Shown: positions 37,766 through 47,380 of the stretch, one piece after another
Layout of the letters: every line of letters starts with the position of its first letter
Numbering within the stretch: position 1 is the first letter of the stretch
NCBI GenBank assembly: GCA_016432325.1
Contig: CP066684.1
Location: forward strand, 64,001 to 128,000
Reading direction: 5' to 3'
From: Candidatus Aenigmatarchaeota archaeon
GTDB lineage: Archaea > Aenigmatarchaeota > Aenigmatarchaeia > PWEA01 > JACQIF01
Length of the DNA: 64,000 nt
Notes under the pieces: generated by a model
What the model was told of the DNA's origin: nothing
The model's input: the letters and a program-made list of their open reading frames with translations, nothing else
Database searches by the model: none
Program-made: the position numbers and the translations under genes

Positions 37766-38839
37766 ATGCGTCCGAAGGGAGTCTCGCCTGTTATTGCGTC
37801 CATAATCCTCGTTCTGATAGCGATAGCCTCAGGGGCCGCTTTCCTGACTTTCACTGGAAGACTCGCCGGGCAGTCGCAGGCCGCGGGAGAAGAACAGACT
37901 GTGCGAGCAGTGGAACTCACGGCCACCACATTCACCATAGGCTCTGTGAAAGACCAGCGCATTTTCGTAACGAACACAGGCGGCGCGGATATCGGCACCA
38001 ACAGCCTCGACGTGCGCATCGACGACACGCGCGTCAACTATACGCAGGACGAGACGATAGAAAAGGGCGGCTCCGGTACGATAACGCTTGCCGGCTTGTG
38101 GAGGTTCGGTCTTGGAGAGCATACGCTGAAGGTTTCTGGAGCGGCCTACTCGGTGACGAAACAAATCAGAATCGTGCCCGCGGACGGGCGCGTGCTGGAT
38201 TTGCGTTTTGAGGAAGGTTCAGGCACGGTCGCCAACGATTTGAGCGGCAACGGCAATACAGGAACGCTGACCAACGAACCGGCATGGACGAAAAGCACGC
38301 CTTCTCGGAGCTCGCAGAACGCGCTCGGATTTGACGGGAACAACGACTATGTCAGCATTCCTGACAGCCAGCTGTTCAACATAACGTCGATAGATTTCAC
38401 GATAGAAGGCTGGGCGTACGTGCCTGCGGTCGGCGCAAACGGCTACGCAATATCCAAGGGCGAGTCGGGCTACTCCCCGCCGGCGACCAGCATGTGGTAC
38501 GTGTACGTAACAGAGAATGGGCCGAGCCTGAGCAGGCGCGCATTCGGGGCGGGCAGCGACGAGAGCATAGCAGGCCCCACCGTGTTGCATGGCATAGTCG
38601 GCAAGTGGTTCCACTTCTCCATCTCCCGCCAAGGAAGCACGTACACGCTGTACCAGAACGGAGTCACTACCGGCACCGCCTCGACAGCCAACGCGCCTTA
38701 CAGCAACACGCAGCCGCTCTGGATAGGCGCCAGAAAACACGCCGGCACGACCTACGCGTTCGAGGGGACGTTAGACGAGATTCGTATCTACAACCGCGCG
38801 TACACTCCAGAACAGCTCTACGTAATGGAAGAAGTCTGA
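37766..38839 (+). CDS. pilin/archaellin-like class III signal peptide protein with LamG domain
   Basis: KG|VSPVIASIILV; FEEGSG, ALGFDG, GTLDEIRIYNRA. Confidence 0.88.
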   Translation: MRPKGVSPVIASIILVLIAIASGAAFLTFTGRLAGQSQAAGEEQTVRAVELTATTFTIGSVKDQRIFVTNTGGADIGTNSLDVRIDDTRVNYTQDETIEKGGSGTITLAGLWRFGLGEHTLKVSGAAYSVTKQIRIVPADGRVLDLRFEEGSGTVANDLSGNGNTGTLTNEPAWTKSTPSRSSQNALGFDGNNDYVSIPDSQLFNITSIDFTIEGWAYVPAVGANGYAISKGESGYSPPATSMWYVYVTENGPSLSRRAFGAGSDESIAGPTVLHGIVGKWFHFSISRQGSTYTLYQNGVTTGTASTANAPYSNTQPLWIGARKHAGTTYAFEGTLDEIRIYNRAYTPEQLYVMEEV

Positions 38840-38883
38840 TTACTTTATGAATAGTTCAAAGAAAGTTTGAAACCGCCGTTTCC

Positions 38884-39657
38884 TTACTTCTTGCCTTTCT
38901 TCTCGGTCTTGACGCCTTCCACGATGCGCGCCAGTTCGCGCACGTTGTCCGTCAGCGCCGGCAGGAAGTCCTTGAACGCGCGTTCCACAGAACTGACGCG
39001 TCCTTCCAACGACTGCAAAGATTCGCTGGTTTCGGTCAACAGCGTCTTCATCTCCGCCTTCTCCGTGTCTTGATTATCCATCATCTCGTTGAGCTTCCCT
39101 TCCAGAGAGTCCATCCTCTCCATCGATGCGCCGTAGAGGCGGTCCAGTTCCGCGAGATGCGCTTCGACGTCTTTCCACTTCTCGTTGATTACCTCTTCGA
39201 TAAGCTCTTCGAGAGCGACCTCCTCGTGCGCTGTCATTTCGACAACGCCTGCGCCTGACGGAAGCTCCTCGAGCTCTCTGGGATACTGTTCCTGAGGCAT
39301 CTGTATGCCGAAATCGTCAGGAGGCGTCTGCGCCTGCGGCGCGGGCGGTGGCAGAGGCCCTTGCGGAGGAGCAGGCATCCTCTGCATCTGTAGAGGAGGA
39401 CCCTGAACGCGCGGCATTGGAGGAGGGGAAGGCATGCGCAGTGCTTGCTGAGGCGGCGCCACGGGTTGCTGAATAGCGGGCTGCGGCGCAACGTCGCCGC
39501 CGACGGTGAACTTCAAGACGCGGTTTAGCGCCTTCGCAACCTGTTCGTTGGAAAATCCTTGTGACCGTAAGGTCGTTATTATCTCGCGCTCGCTGCGGCC
39601 TTCAGACGCGAGTCTCTGGACCTCTTCGACCGGCACACGCTCTTCCTGCTGTTCCAT
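38884..39657 (-). CDS. coiled-coil protein with Pro/Gln linker, probable pilus accessory
   Basis: 257-aa ORF adjacent to the pilus locus; EELIEEVINEKW. Confidence 0.75.
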   Translation of the reverse strand: MEQQEERVPVEEVQRLASEGRSEREIITTLRSQGFSNEQVAKALNRVLKFTVGGDVAPQPAIQQPVAPPQQALRMPSPPPMPRVQGPPLQMQRMPAPPQGPLPPPAPQAQTPPDDFGIQMPQEQYPRELEELPSGAGVVEMTAHEEVALEELIEEVINEKWKDVEAHLAELDRLYGASMERMDSLEGKLNEMMDNQDTEKAEMKTLLTETSESLQSLEGRVSSVERAFKDFLPALTDNVRELARIVEGVKTEKKGKK

Positions 39658-39783
39658 TTACTGGTCCCTCCTCGCCTTTCCGAGTGTACGAGACTGCGGT
39701 CTCGACATGTTCGGCCGAGGGCCGAACTTTTCGAACCGCTGTTCGAAAATGTCGAAACTTTGTTTCGTACACGGTAAATCCAT
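39658..39783 (-). repeat. multibranch gene-start element
   Basis: TAAATGGA duplicated; four nested hairpins; 41-aa uORF ends in TAA abutting the ATG. Confidence 0.85.
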
Positions 39784-39787
39784 TTAA

Positions 39788-40186
39788 TCACTTTTTCGGT
39801 TTGGGACGGTCGGCCAACTCTTCCCTTACAATCGCTTTTACCTCTGTTTGCGTCGCATAGTGGGTGCGCAGGGGGCTGAGCAGGTCTATGTAGCTCTTGA
39901 ATTCCTCGAGATCCGAGCGAAGCGAGACCTTGTTCAAGAACTTCTTCGTGTTGGATACCTCTGTTTCCAGTTTCAAAATCTTGGTATTTAAATCTTCCAG
40001 AGCCTGCTCGAGCGCGCCGGCGCGCGTGCGCATCTCCTCGGTTCGCTTGAGGGAGGTGGTCTCGACGCTCATCTGTTTGGCTTCCATGCTGCGCGCAATC
40101 TCCTCGAGGTTGCGTATGCGGCGCATAGCCTCCTGCAGGACGCGGACGACTTCCCCAAAAGCCTCTTCGGCCGTGCGGGCGGCCAT
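39788..40186 (-). CDS. coiled-coil protein, probable pilus accessory
   Basis: 132-aa heptad-rich ORF; strong SD. Confidence 0.75.
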   Translation of the reverse strand: MAARTAEEAFGEVVRVLQEAMRRIRNLEEIARSMEAKQMSVETTSLKRTEEMRTRAGALEQALEDLNTKILKLETEVSNTKKFLNKVSLRSDLEEFKSYIDLLSPLRTHYATQTEVKAIVREELADRPKPKK

Positions 40187-40254
40187 TTACCGGTCCCTCC
40201 TCATGCTTCTAATAGGTAAATATGAAACGGCAGTTTCATGCATGTCCTTCCCAT
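40187..40254 (-). repeat. gene-start hairpin element
   Basis: ATGAAAC-TGCC-GTTTCAT; ATTTACC/GGTAAAT; 3' end GAGGAGGGACCGGTAAATGG. Confidence 0.75.
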
Positions 40255-40365
40255 GTAATGTTCTTTAACCCGCCATAAAAAGGTTCTAAAAGGTTTAACG
40301 CGCGGCGCGGTACGCTTAAAGCAACAGCTTTAAAGGTTAATTAGCCGTTGTGCGAAAATCAACAT

Positions 40366-42006
40366 ATGCGTCTCAAGGGCATCTCGGGCCTTATGGTTGC
40401 CATCTTCCTGACGCTGATAGCCGTAGGACTGGCCTTCGCTTTCCTTGTCTTCGGTCGTTCAACTCAGGAGACCTTCGAAAAGGAGGTAGGCGGAGGAGTG
40501 GAAGGGCAGATAAGCTCTCTGCAGAGCGGGTTGGCAATAGCGAACGTCAACGCGAACAACGTCACTGTGAAGAACACCGGTCGCACGAACCTCGACGTCT
40601 CTAAGATTGACGTGCTTCTGGACGGGAAAAAGGCGTCGACGTCCGCGACAGCTGCCACGATTGTTCCGGGCGGCACTGCGGTCCTAACGTTGACGGGTTT
40701 TGTTCCTGGTGTGCATGCAGTTCGTGTGACAGGACCCGGAGGCGTCGGAGACGAAGGCGACTTCGGAGTCGCACCGTCTGGCGTCGTCGCGCTGTGGGAT
40801 TTTGAAGACGAAGACGCGAATCCGGACGATTCGGTCGGGACGAACAACGGCAGACTCAACGGTTCGACCGTGCTGCTCTTGCACTTCGACGAGGGCGCCG
40901 GAACAAAGGCTTACGACTCGACAAACTACAAGAACGACGGCACGTTTGTGAATAATGCTCTTTGGGGAGCCGGAGTGTCCGGCAACGGCGTGAAGCTCGA
41001 CGGCGTCGCCGCCAGCATTACGGTGCCGAATTCGCCTTCAGTAAACAATATTGGACTGTTCACAACAGAGGCGTGGTTCAGGTGGGACGCCCAAGGAGTC
41101 TCTCAGGTTCTCGTAACAAAATCAGACGCCCATCTCTACATAAGCGGCGCAAACGTGCTGAGCTCGTACTTCGGGGGATCCCCGTGCGCTTCCGGCGTCT
41201 CAATATCCAGAGGAGCGTGGTACCATAGCGCCGTAACTTTTGACGGCACCAACGTGAGGATTTACGTCAACGGGGACCTCAAGGCCACGTGCGCGCGGAC
41301 AGGCAACACAGGCACCGCGAACCTATTCGTCGGGCAGAACGGAATAGGCGGCCAGTTTTTCAACGGCACAATAGACGAGGTCGCGATACATGGGCGTGCA
41401 CTGTCTGCGGACGAAGTTGGTTCGCACTACGACGCGAAGCGCGCGCTGTTCTCCGAATACGTCAAGGGCTTCGCAGGAACGGCCGTGCGCTTTGACGGGG
41501 TTAATGATGATGTGGAAGTGCCCAAATCTGCCGCGCTCGATCCGGGCGCGCAGGTCAGCCTTGAAACGTGGATAAAGAGCGATCCGTCGAATCCCATGAA
41601 CACGTGCTGCCAGGGTCTTGTATCGACGGACTTCTACAACATCGGCGTGTCGACCGGCGGCGTTTATTTCGCCATAAGCTCGAACAGCGGAGCCAGCTAC
41701 CCCTTCACCGGCACGGTCGCGGTCTCCTCGGGCGTGTGGCACCATATCGTCGGAACCTATGACGGCACGGCTGTGCGGCTGTACGTTGACGGCGCGCAGG
41801 CGGCGAGCGCTCCGGCCTCTGGCGCGGTTTCGCCGATGATGGCCAACAGTTTCCTTACCGTGGCGTCCGAGGACGGTAGGACAGCATGCGGCGCTCAGTG
41901 CATAGGCGTCCGCTACTTCAGGGGCGACGTGCAATACGCCGCGGTCTACAATCGCGCCCTGAGTGCGCAGGAGATAAAATCCATATACGATGCATCCACG
42001 GCTTGA
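40366..42006 (+). CDS. class III signal peptide protein with two LamG domains
   Basis: KG|ISGLMVAIFL; two WxHxxxTxDG / AxxxRALS sets. Confidence 0.88.
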   Translation: MRLKGISGLMVAIFLTLIAVGLAFAFLVFGRSTQETFEKEVGGGVEGQISSLQSGLAIANVNANNVTVKNTGRTNLDVSKIDVLLDGKKASTSATAATIVPGGTAVLTLTGFVPGVHAVRVTGPGGVGDEGDFGVAPSGVVALWDFEDEDANPDDSVGTNNGRLNGSTVLLLHFDEGAGTKAYDSTNYKNDGTFVNNALWGAGVSGNGVKLDGVAASITVPNSPSVNNIGLFTTEAWFRWDAQGVSQVLVTKSDAHLYISGANVLSSYFGGSPCASGVSISRGAWYHSAVTFDGTNVRIYVNGDLKATCARTGNTGTANLFVGQNGIGGQFFNGTIDEVAIHGRALSADEVGSHYDAKRALFSEYVKGFAGTAVRFDGVNDDVEVPKSAALDPGAQVSLETWIKSDPSNPMNTCCQGLVSTDFYNIGVSTGGVYFAISSNSGASYPFTGTVAVSSGVWHHIVGTYDGTAVRLYVDGAQAASAPASGAVSPMMANSFLTVASEDGRTACGAQCIGVRYFRGDVQYAAVYNRALSAQEIKSIYDASTA

Positions 42007-42049
42007 TATTTTATAGTGGTTCGTACATACGTGATAGGAGTTGCACGAA

Positions 42050-44311
42050 ATGGCAGACGCCGTCCCCGAAGCCCCGCCGAGATACGAGCTAAAAGACACC
42101 ACGCTGCGCGTGCGGCCTGCAGGACTTCTGTACGAGTCTGGCGTTGAGGACTCTGATGCGTGCATGGCGCAGGTCGTGGACGCGCTGGCGAAGAACAAGA
42201 GCGCGCAGAGCGTTGCGGTCGTGGGAACGCGCGAGTACGAGTACAGCCTTGAAGAGACGCAGATGCTCAAGGATGTCGCGCGCGCCCTTGAAGAGATAAT
42301 CCGCGGGGCGTATCTCAGCGTCCACACGCTCGGAGAGTACAGAGACTACGTCGCTGACGACTTTGCGTACGTGCAAGCGCTCGTGATGACGAAGCTCTTG
42401 GGCGACCCTCTGGGCGTCTACGTCGACCTCAAGCGCCGCACCCGCCACATCAACGTCCGCGCGCGTTCCGTGGAAGGCAAGCGAACGGAGGCGTACAACT
42501 CCCTTATGAACAACGTCATCGTCCCTGTCCTGCAAATATTGGAGAACACGTCTCTCGTGCGCAACGCGAAACCGTTCCTCACCGGCTACAAGATAGGCGA
42601 TCGATCGGCGTACCGCCAGCTTTTCCACCCGACGGTGCGGCCCGTATTCATGCAGACGCGCTACCAGACGGAGATGCCGGAAGGCGCGGAGATAGTGGAT
42701 CGCTATGCGCTTCGGGACGGCGTTGAAGTTGAAATCTACCGCGTACGCGGCTCCGTGCGCTACGTGTACCACGCGATTCCGCCTGAGTTCCGCCTGAGCG
42801 AGGATCAGTATACGATTCTGGACGCGGCCCGGCGCTATATGATAGAACACAAGCCGCGGGAGATCGAATTCGCAGACCCCGAACGCATGCGGGAGATCTT
42901 CGCGAACATAGGCCGCGATCTCGTGACGGACATAGCAAACCAAATGGGACTGTCGCTGACACGCGATGAGACGGAACGCCTGACGTCCATACTGACGCGC
43001 TACACGGCGGGTCTTGGAGTCCTGGAGATACTGCTCTCCGACGAGAAGATACAAGACGTCTACATCAATTCGCCCATCGGGCAAAATCCGATATACGTTT
43101 TCCATCAGGACTATCAGGAGTGCGTAACGAACTTCATACCGACGCAGGAAGACGCGGAGTCCTGGGCCACGCGCTTCCGCCTCGTCTCCGGACGCCCGCT
43201 GGACGAAGCAAATCCCGTTCTCGATACGGAAGTGGTCGTGCCGGGAGGACGCGCAAGGGTCGCGATAGTGACGCGCACGCTTTCGCCGCAGGGGCTCGGG
43301 TTCTCGCTGCGCAGGCACAGGGACGATCCGTGGACCTACCCGCTGTTCATACACCCGAAGACCAGATATTTCAACGAGTTGTTCGCCGGACTCATGTCTT
43401 TCATCGTAGACTATTCGCGCACGTTCTTGATAGCGGGCACGCGTTCGTCGGGCAAGACGTCGCTGCTCAACGCCTCGCTGCTCGAGGTGATGCGCAAATA
43501 CCGCATCGTCACTGTGGAAGACACGCTTGAAATTCCTGTCAACCGCCTGCGCGCTCTTGGCTACAACGTGGAGTCATTGAAGTCGCGTTCTGTGATAACG
43601 CAGGTCGAGACCGAATTGCCGGCGGACGAGGCGATACGCACGTCGCTGCGTCTCGGCGACTCTGTCCTCATAATAGGAGAAGTGCGTTCACTCGAAGCGA
43701 AAGCCCTGTACGAGGCGATGCGCATCGGCGCTTTGGCAAATACGGTCGCAGGAACGATACACGGCGACTCTCCTTACGGCGTGTTTGATCGCGTCGTGAA
43801 CGACCTCGGCGTTCCTCCCACCTCGTTCAAGGCGACGGACCTCATAATAATATGCAACATGATGAAGAGCGCCGACGGCATCCACCGCTTCCGTCGCGTG
43901 ACGAGCGTGACGGAAGTGCGCAAGCACTGGAAGAACGACCCCCAGGAAGAGGGAGGGTTCGTGCCTCTCTTGCAGTACTCTTCCAAGGAAGACATTCTCA
44001 AGCCGACGGACACGCTCCTGAACGGCGAGTCTTTCATACTCAACGAAGTCGCGTCGTCCGTGCGCGAGTGGTCGGGCAACTGGCAGGACGTCTGGGAGAA
44101 CATCCTCTTGCGCGGCAGGATAAAGAAAGCAATAACAGAATACGCGATCGCGAGCGGCAAGCCGGACTTCATGGAAGCGCCCTTCGTCGTCGAGTCGAAC
44201 GACATCTTTCACCTCGTTTCCGAGCAGCTGCGCGCGGAAACAGGCTCGATACCGGCGGAGCGCGCGTACAACGCGTGGTACGACTGGTTCAAGGCGCGCG
44301 TGAAGTACTAG
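42050..44311 (+). CDS. type II/IV secretion ATPase (VirB11/TadA/ArlI family)
   Basis: Walker A GTRSSGKT, TVEDTLE, IIGEVR, GTIHG. Confidence 0.95.
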   Translation: MADAVPEAPPRYELKDTTLRVRPAGLLYESGVEDSDACMAQVVDALAKNKSAQSVAVVGTREYEYSLEETQMLKDVARALEEIIRGAYLSVHTLGEYRDYVADDFAYVQALVMTKLLGDPLGVYVDLKRRTRHINVRARSVEGKRTEAYNSLMNNVIVPVLQILENTSLVRNAKPFLTGYKIGDRSAYRQLFHPTVRPVFMQTRYQTEMPEGAEIVDRYALRDGVEVEIYRVRGSVRYVYHAIPPEFRLSEDQYTILDAARRYMIEHKPREIEFADPERMREIFANIGRDLVTDIANQMGLSLTRDETERLTSILTRYTAGLGVLEILLSDEKIQDVYINSPIGQNPIYVFHQDYQECVTNFIPTQEDAESWATRFRLVSGRPLDEANPVLDTEVVVPGGRARVAIVTRTLSPQGLGFSLRRHRDDPWTYPLFIHPKTRYFNELFAGLMSFIVDYSRTFLIAGTRSSGKTSLLNASLLEVMRKYRIVTVEDTLEIPVNRLRALGYNVESLKSRSVITQVETELPADEAIRTSLRLGDSVLIIGEVRSLEAKALYEAMRIGALANTVAGTIHGDSPYGVFDRVVNDLGVPPTSFKATDLIIICNMMKSADGIHRFRRVTSVTEVRKHWKNDPQEEGGFVPLLQYSSKEDILKPTDTLLNGESFILNEVASSVREWSGNWQDVWENILLRGRIKKAITEYAIASGKPDFMEAPFVVESNDIFHLVSEQLRAETGSIPAERAYNAWYDWFKARVKY

Positions 44312-44604
44312 CGCACTCCAATCCCGAACATCACACGCAGTTCTTCCGAAGGCTGCCACGGCGGGTCGAAGACCACTTCCACGTTTACGTCGCTGACGCC
44401 TTCCAGAGCGCGCACGCGTTTCTTCATGTCGTCCACGAGAGCGGGTCCGTACGGGCAGAAAGGAGTCGTGAAGGTCATCCTGATGTAGACGGAGCCGTTT
44501 TCGACGCGCACTTCATAGACCAGATTGAGCGTTATGATGTCCATTCCTATTTCAGGGTCCTTGACCTGTTTCAGGACGTTCGTGACCTCTTCTTTGGTCG
44601 GCAT
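44308..44604 (-). CDS. DUF59/SufT-PaaD Fe-S assembly protein
   Basis: VKDPEIG, TTPFCP, FDPPW. Confidence 0.92.
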   Translation of the reverse strand: MPTKEEVTNVLKQVKDPEIGMDIITLNLVYEVRVENGSVYIRMTFTTPFCPYGPALVDDMKKRVRALEGVSDVNVEVVFDPPWQPSEELRVMFGIGVR

Positions 44605-44670
44605 GAGAAGGATAGGAAAGGCACGCTTAAATATTGACTTTTATTAACCGCCCGCTTCAAGTTAGACAAT

Positions 44671-44727
44671 ATGGCAGAAACAGATGTTTCGTATCTACAG
44701 CTCAGATACGCAAAGAGGGACCCGTAG
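44671..44727 (+). repeat. gene-start hairpin element before the tadC-like gene
   Basis: ATGGC duplicated; GAAAC/GTTTC and CGTATCT/AGATACG; GAGGGACCCGTAG-ATG. Confidence 0.8.
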
Positions 44728-46809
44728 ATGGCCGGCGATAAGAAGAAAGGACCTTCTCCGGAAGAGATAAGACGGGAAGAGATTACGCGAATCCTGCGGG
44801 AAGAACGCATGCGGCTGCCCGTGCGCGAGTCGCAAGCCGCTCCTAACACGGCGTTTACGAGTAGGGAGTACCAGACGTTCATGGCGGAGGAGCGCTTCAG
44901 GGAGAAGCCGACCCTGTACGAGCGCGCAGCGCGCCTCGCCGGCCGTCTGAATCTGGAGCCCGACGCCGATACGAAAAAGCAGATGGAAGAGAACATAAAG
45001 TTCGCGCATCTTGACGTTACGCCTGCCGGAGCGTTCTCCCTTGCAATAGTAACGCCGATGCTGATAGCGGTCTTCGCGACTCTCGTGTTCTTCCTGCGGG
45101 TCGTCGGACTCACGGAGACGATGACTCTGTTCATGGGTTCGATTATCGCGTTTTACCATCTCTACAACTATCCGAAGAGCGCGGCCAAGATATTCCGCGT
45201 CAAGGCGGCGTCCGAAATAATACTTGCAGTAATCTACATGGTCATCTACATGCGTTCGTCTCCGAACCTCGAGGGCGCGATTAGATACGCGGCCGTCAAC
45301 CTGACGGGCCCGTTGGCGTACGATCTTCGCAAGCTCCTGTGGGACGTCGAAACGGGAAGGTACGCGACGATGGAGGACGCGCTCGATACGTACCTCTTGA
45401 GGTGGAAGACCAACGAAGAGTTTATAGAGTCGATAAATCTGATTCGCAATTCGATGGAGCAGCCGGAGTCGCGGCGCCACGCGGTTTTGGACGAGGCGGT
45501 GAACGTCGCTCTTACAGGAACGCGGGAGAAGATGCAGAAGTATTCGCAGTCTCTGAGAATGCCTGTGACGCTCATCCACACGATGGGCATCATCCTTCCG
45601 ATACTCATACTGGTTATGTTCCCTGTTCTGATTTTGTTCCTGGGAAAGCAGCTGAACCCGTGGGTTCTCGTGATCGGTTACGACGTCGTGTTGCCGATAA
45701 TAATCTACCTGCTGATTATGCGCGTGATGGAGAGCAGGCCCGTGGGGTTCTCCGTTCCTGACGTGTCTCTGCATCCGAAGTTCACGCCTCTCGGCAAGGT
45801 GAAAATCGGGGGGAAGCTCTACCAGATGTGGCCGTTCACAGCGGCGCTGACGTTCGCGCTCGTCGGGATATGCGCGTATTTCCTGGTGCCCGTGTACGAC
45901 AAGATAACCCTTGAGGCCCTAGGCCTTTCTGTGGCCGTGACCTGGGCGCTGGGCATCGGCATGATGGTCCACTTCCTGACCGGCACATCAGGACTGCTCA
46001 AGATACGCGGAGAGATAAAGAAGATTCAGGATGAGTTCGGCGAAGCACTGTTCCGTCTCGGAAACACGCTCTCTCTTGGAGCGCCTCTTGAAAAGGCGAT
46101 AGAAGACACCGTGCAGAAGTCCGCGGACCTGTCGATATCCGAGCTCTTCAGGCGCGTATTGAACAACGTGCGCCAGGGCCAGCTAAGCTTCGAGGCCGCG
46201 TTCTTCGACAAGCGCTACGGCGCGATATGGGACTATCCTTCGAAACTGATAATCAACGTGATGCACATCGTGATTGAAGCGACAAAGAAAGGGGTGCGCA
46301 TCGGCGCGAACTCGGCGATCGCAATTTCAAAATACATCCGCCAGATCCACGCCATAGACGAGGATCTGCGCGACATGCTTTCCGAGGCGACGACGAGCAT
46401 GCGATTCATGTCCGCGTTCCTCGGGCCTATGATAGCCGGCGTCACGGTCACGATGGCCGGCGTGATGATGCTGATATTCCAGCAGCTCGGCGCGAGTATC
46501 GCGGGCCTGCAGAACACGAACGTCCCGGGCTTCAGCCAGCTGCTGATAGGAGGCTGGGGAGAGTCCGTGGCGCAGATGCCCATCGCGGTCTTCCAACTCG
46601 TTGTTGGAATCTACATCCTTGAGATGATTTACCTCCTGTCGGTTCTGGAGATAGGAATAGAGAGCGGACCCGACGACATCGTGCAGATGCGCCACACCGC
46701 GGCGTGGTCTATATTAATAGGACTTTTGGTATACAGTTTCAGCCTCGTGATAACATGGTCCATCTTCGGAGCGTCTATACAATCCTTGATAACAGGAGGC
46801 GCGCTTTAG
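44728..46809 (+). CDS. TadC/ArlJ-like pilus membrane platform protein
   Basis: two T2SSF-like halves with multiple TMs, downstream of the ATPase. Confidence 0.85.
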   Translation: MAGDKKKGPSPEEIRREEITRILREERMRLPVRESQAAPNTAFTSREYQTFMAEERFREKPTLYERAARLAGRLNLEPDADTKKQMEENIKFAHLDVTPAGAFSLAIVTPMLIAVFATLVFFLRVVGLTETMTLFMGSIIAFYHLYNYPKSAAKIFRVKAASEIILAVIYMVIYMRSSPNLEGAIRYAAVNLTGPLAYDLRKLLWDVETGRYATMEDALDTYLLRWKTNEEFIESINLIRNSMEQPESRRHAVLDEAVNVALTGTREKMQKYSQSLRMPVTLIHTMGIILPILILVMFPVLILFLGKQLNPWVLVIGYDVVLPIIIYLLIMRVMESRPVGFSVPDVSLHPKFTPLGKVKIGGKLYQMWPFTAALTFALVGICAYFLVPVYDKITLEALGLSVAVTWALGIGMMVHFLTGTSGLLKIRGEIKKIQDEFGEALFRLGNTLSLGAPLEKAIEDTVQKSADLSISELFRRVLNNVRQGQLSFEAAFFDKRYGAIWDYPSKLIINVMHIVIEATKKGVRIGANSAIAISKYIRQIHAIDEDLRDMLSEATTSMRFMSAFLGPMIAGVTVTMAGVMMLIFQQLGASIAGLQNTNVPGFSQLLIGGWGESVAQMPIAVFQLVVGIYILEMIYLLSVLEIGIESGPDDIVQMRHTAAWSILIGLLVYSFSLVITWSIFGASIQSLITGGAL

Positions 46810-46934
46810 GCGGAAAGGGAGACATTTCGATAGGACTGACCAAGTGGCTTGAGCTGATCGTAGCGGCTATCGCCGTGGTCTTGGTGCTGATAATGGCGTG
46901 GGGCCAGCTGTGCCATCTCGCCAACGCGTGTTAG
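46806..46934 (+). CDS. small pilin-like protein, start codon uncertain
   Basis: KG|DISIG plus hydrophobic helix; no ATG/GTG/TTG after the GGAGG SD. Confidence 0.55.
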   Translation, partial: LGGKGDISIGLTKWLELIVAAIAVVLVLIMAWGQLCHLANAC

Positions 46935-46943
46935 GTGGTTATC

Positions 46944-47039
46944 ATCGAACTATTGAAACTGCGTCTCGGAACGCCGCGTTCCGAGTATTTCGAACCGAAG
47001 TTCGAAAAGTTTCAAAGTTCCTCCAGAAGGTGCGTATAA
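46944..47039 (+). repeat. multibranch gene-start element before a pilin
   Basis: ATCGAACTA/ATGGAACTA duplication; TTGAAACT/AGTTTCAA enclosing two hairpins; TAA abuts the ATG. Confidence 0.85.
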
Positions 47040-47183
47040 ATGGAACTACCGACAGGAATAATAGTAGCGGTCGTCCTGATAATAGCAATGGCAGTCTTGC
47101 TGCTGTCTGCCGGCGGACAGGTGGCGCAGGCCGGCGTCAAGGTCATAAGCGACTGCGGAATATACTGCGCTATAAAAGGGTGA
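47040..47183 (+). CDS. small pilin-like protein lacking a basic leader (absent from the ORF track)
   Basis: MELPTGIIVAVVLIIAMAVLLL...CGIYC; compare KG|LELPTN at 54075. Confidence 0.7.
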   Translation: MELPTGIIVAVVLIIAMAVLLLSAGGQVAQAGVKVISDCGIYCAIKG

Positions 47184-47187
47184 TTGA

Positions 47188-47379
47188 ATGGCGTACAACT
47201 GGACGACCATCGCGTTGGCTGTCATACTGTTCCTGATAGTCGCCGTGGTCGTGATAGCCGGCACAGCGCAGGCAGGACAAGCGGTCGGCCAGTCAGGCGG
47301 CGGAGGCGCATGCAACATCTACTGCGTGATGAGAGACGCGATACAGCCTCTTCCGGCGCCGGGCTTCTGCGGGTGTTGA
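47188..47379 (+). CDS. small pilin-like protein
   Basis: hydrophobic helix plus CNIYC; resembles 47040. Confidence 0.7.
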   Translation: MAYNWTTIALAVILFLIVAVVVIAGTAQAGQAVGQSGGGGACNIYCVMRDAIQPLPAPGFCGC

Positions 47380-47380
47380 T

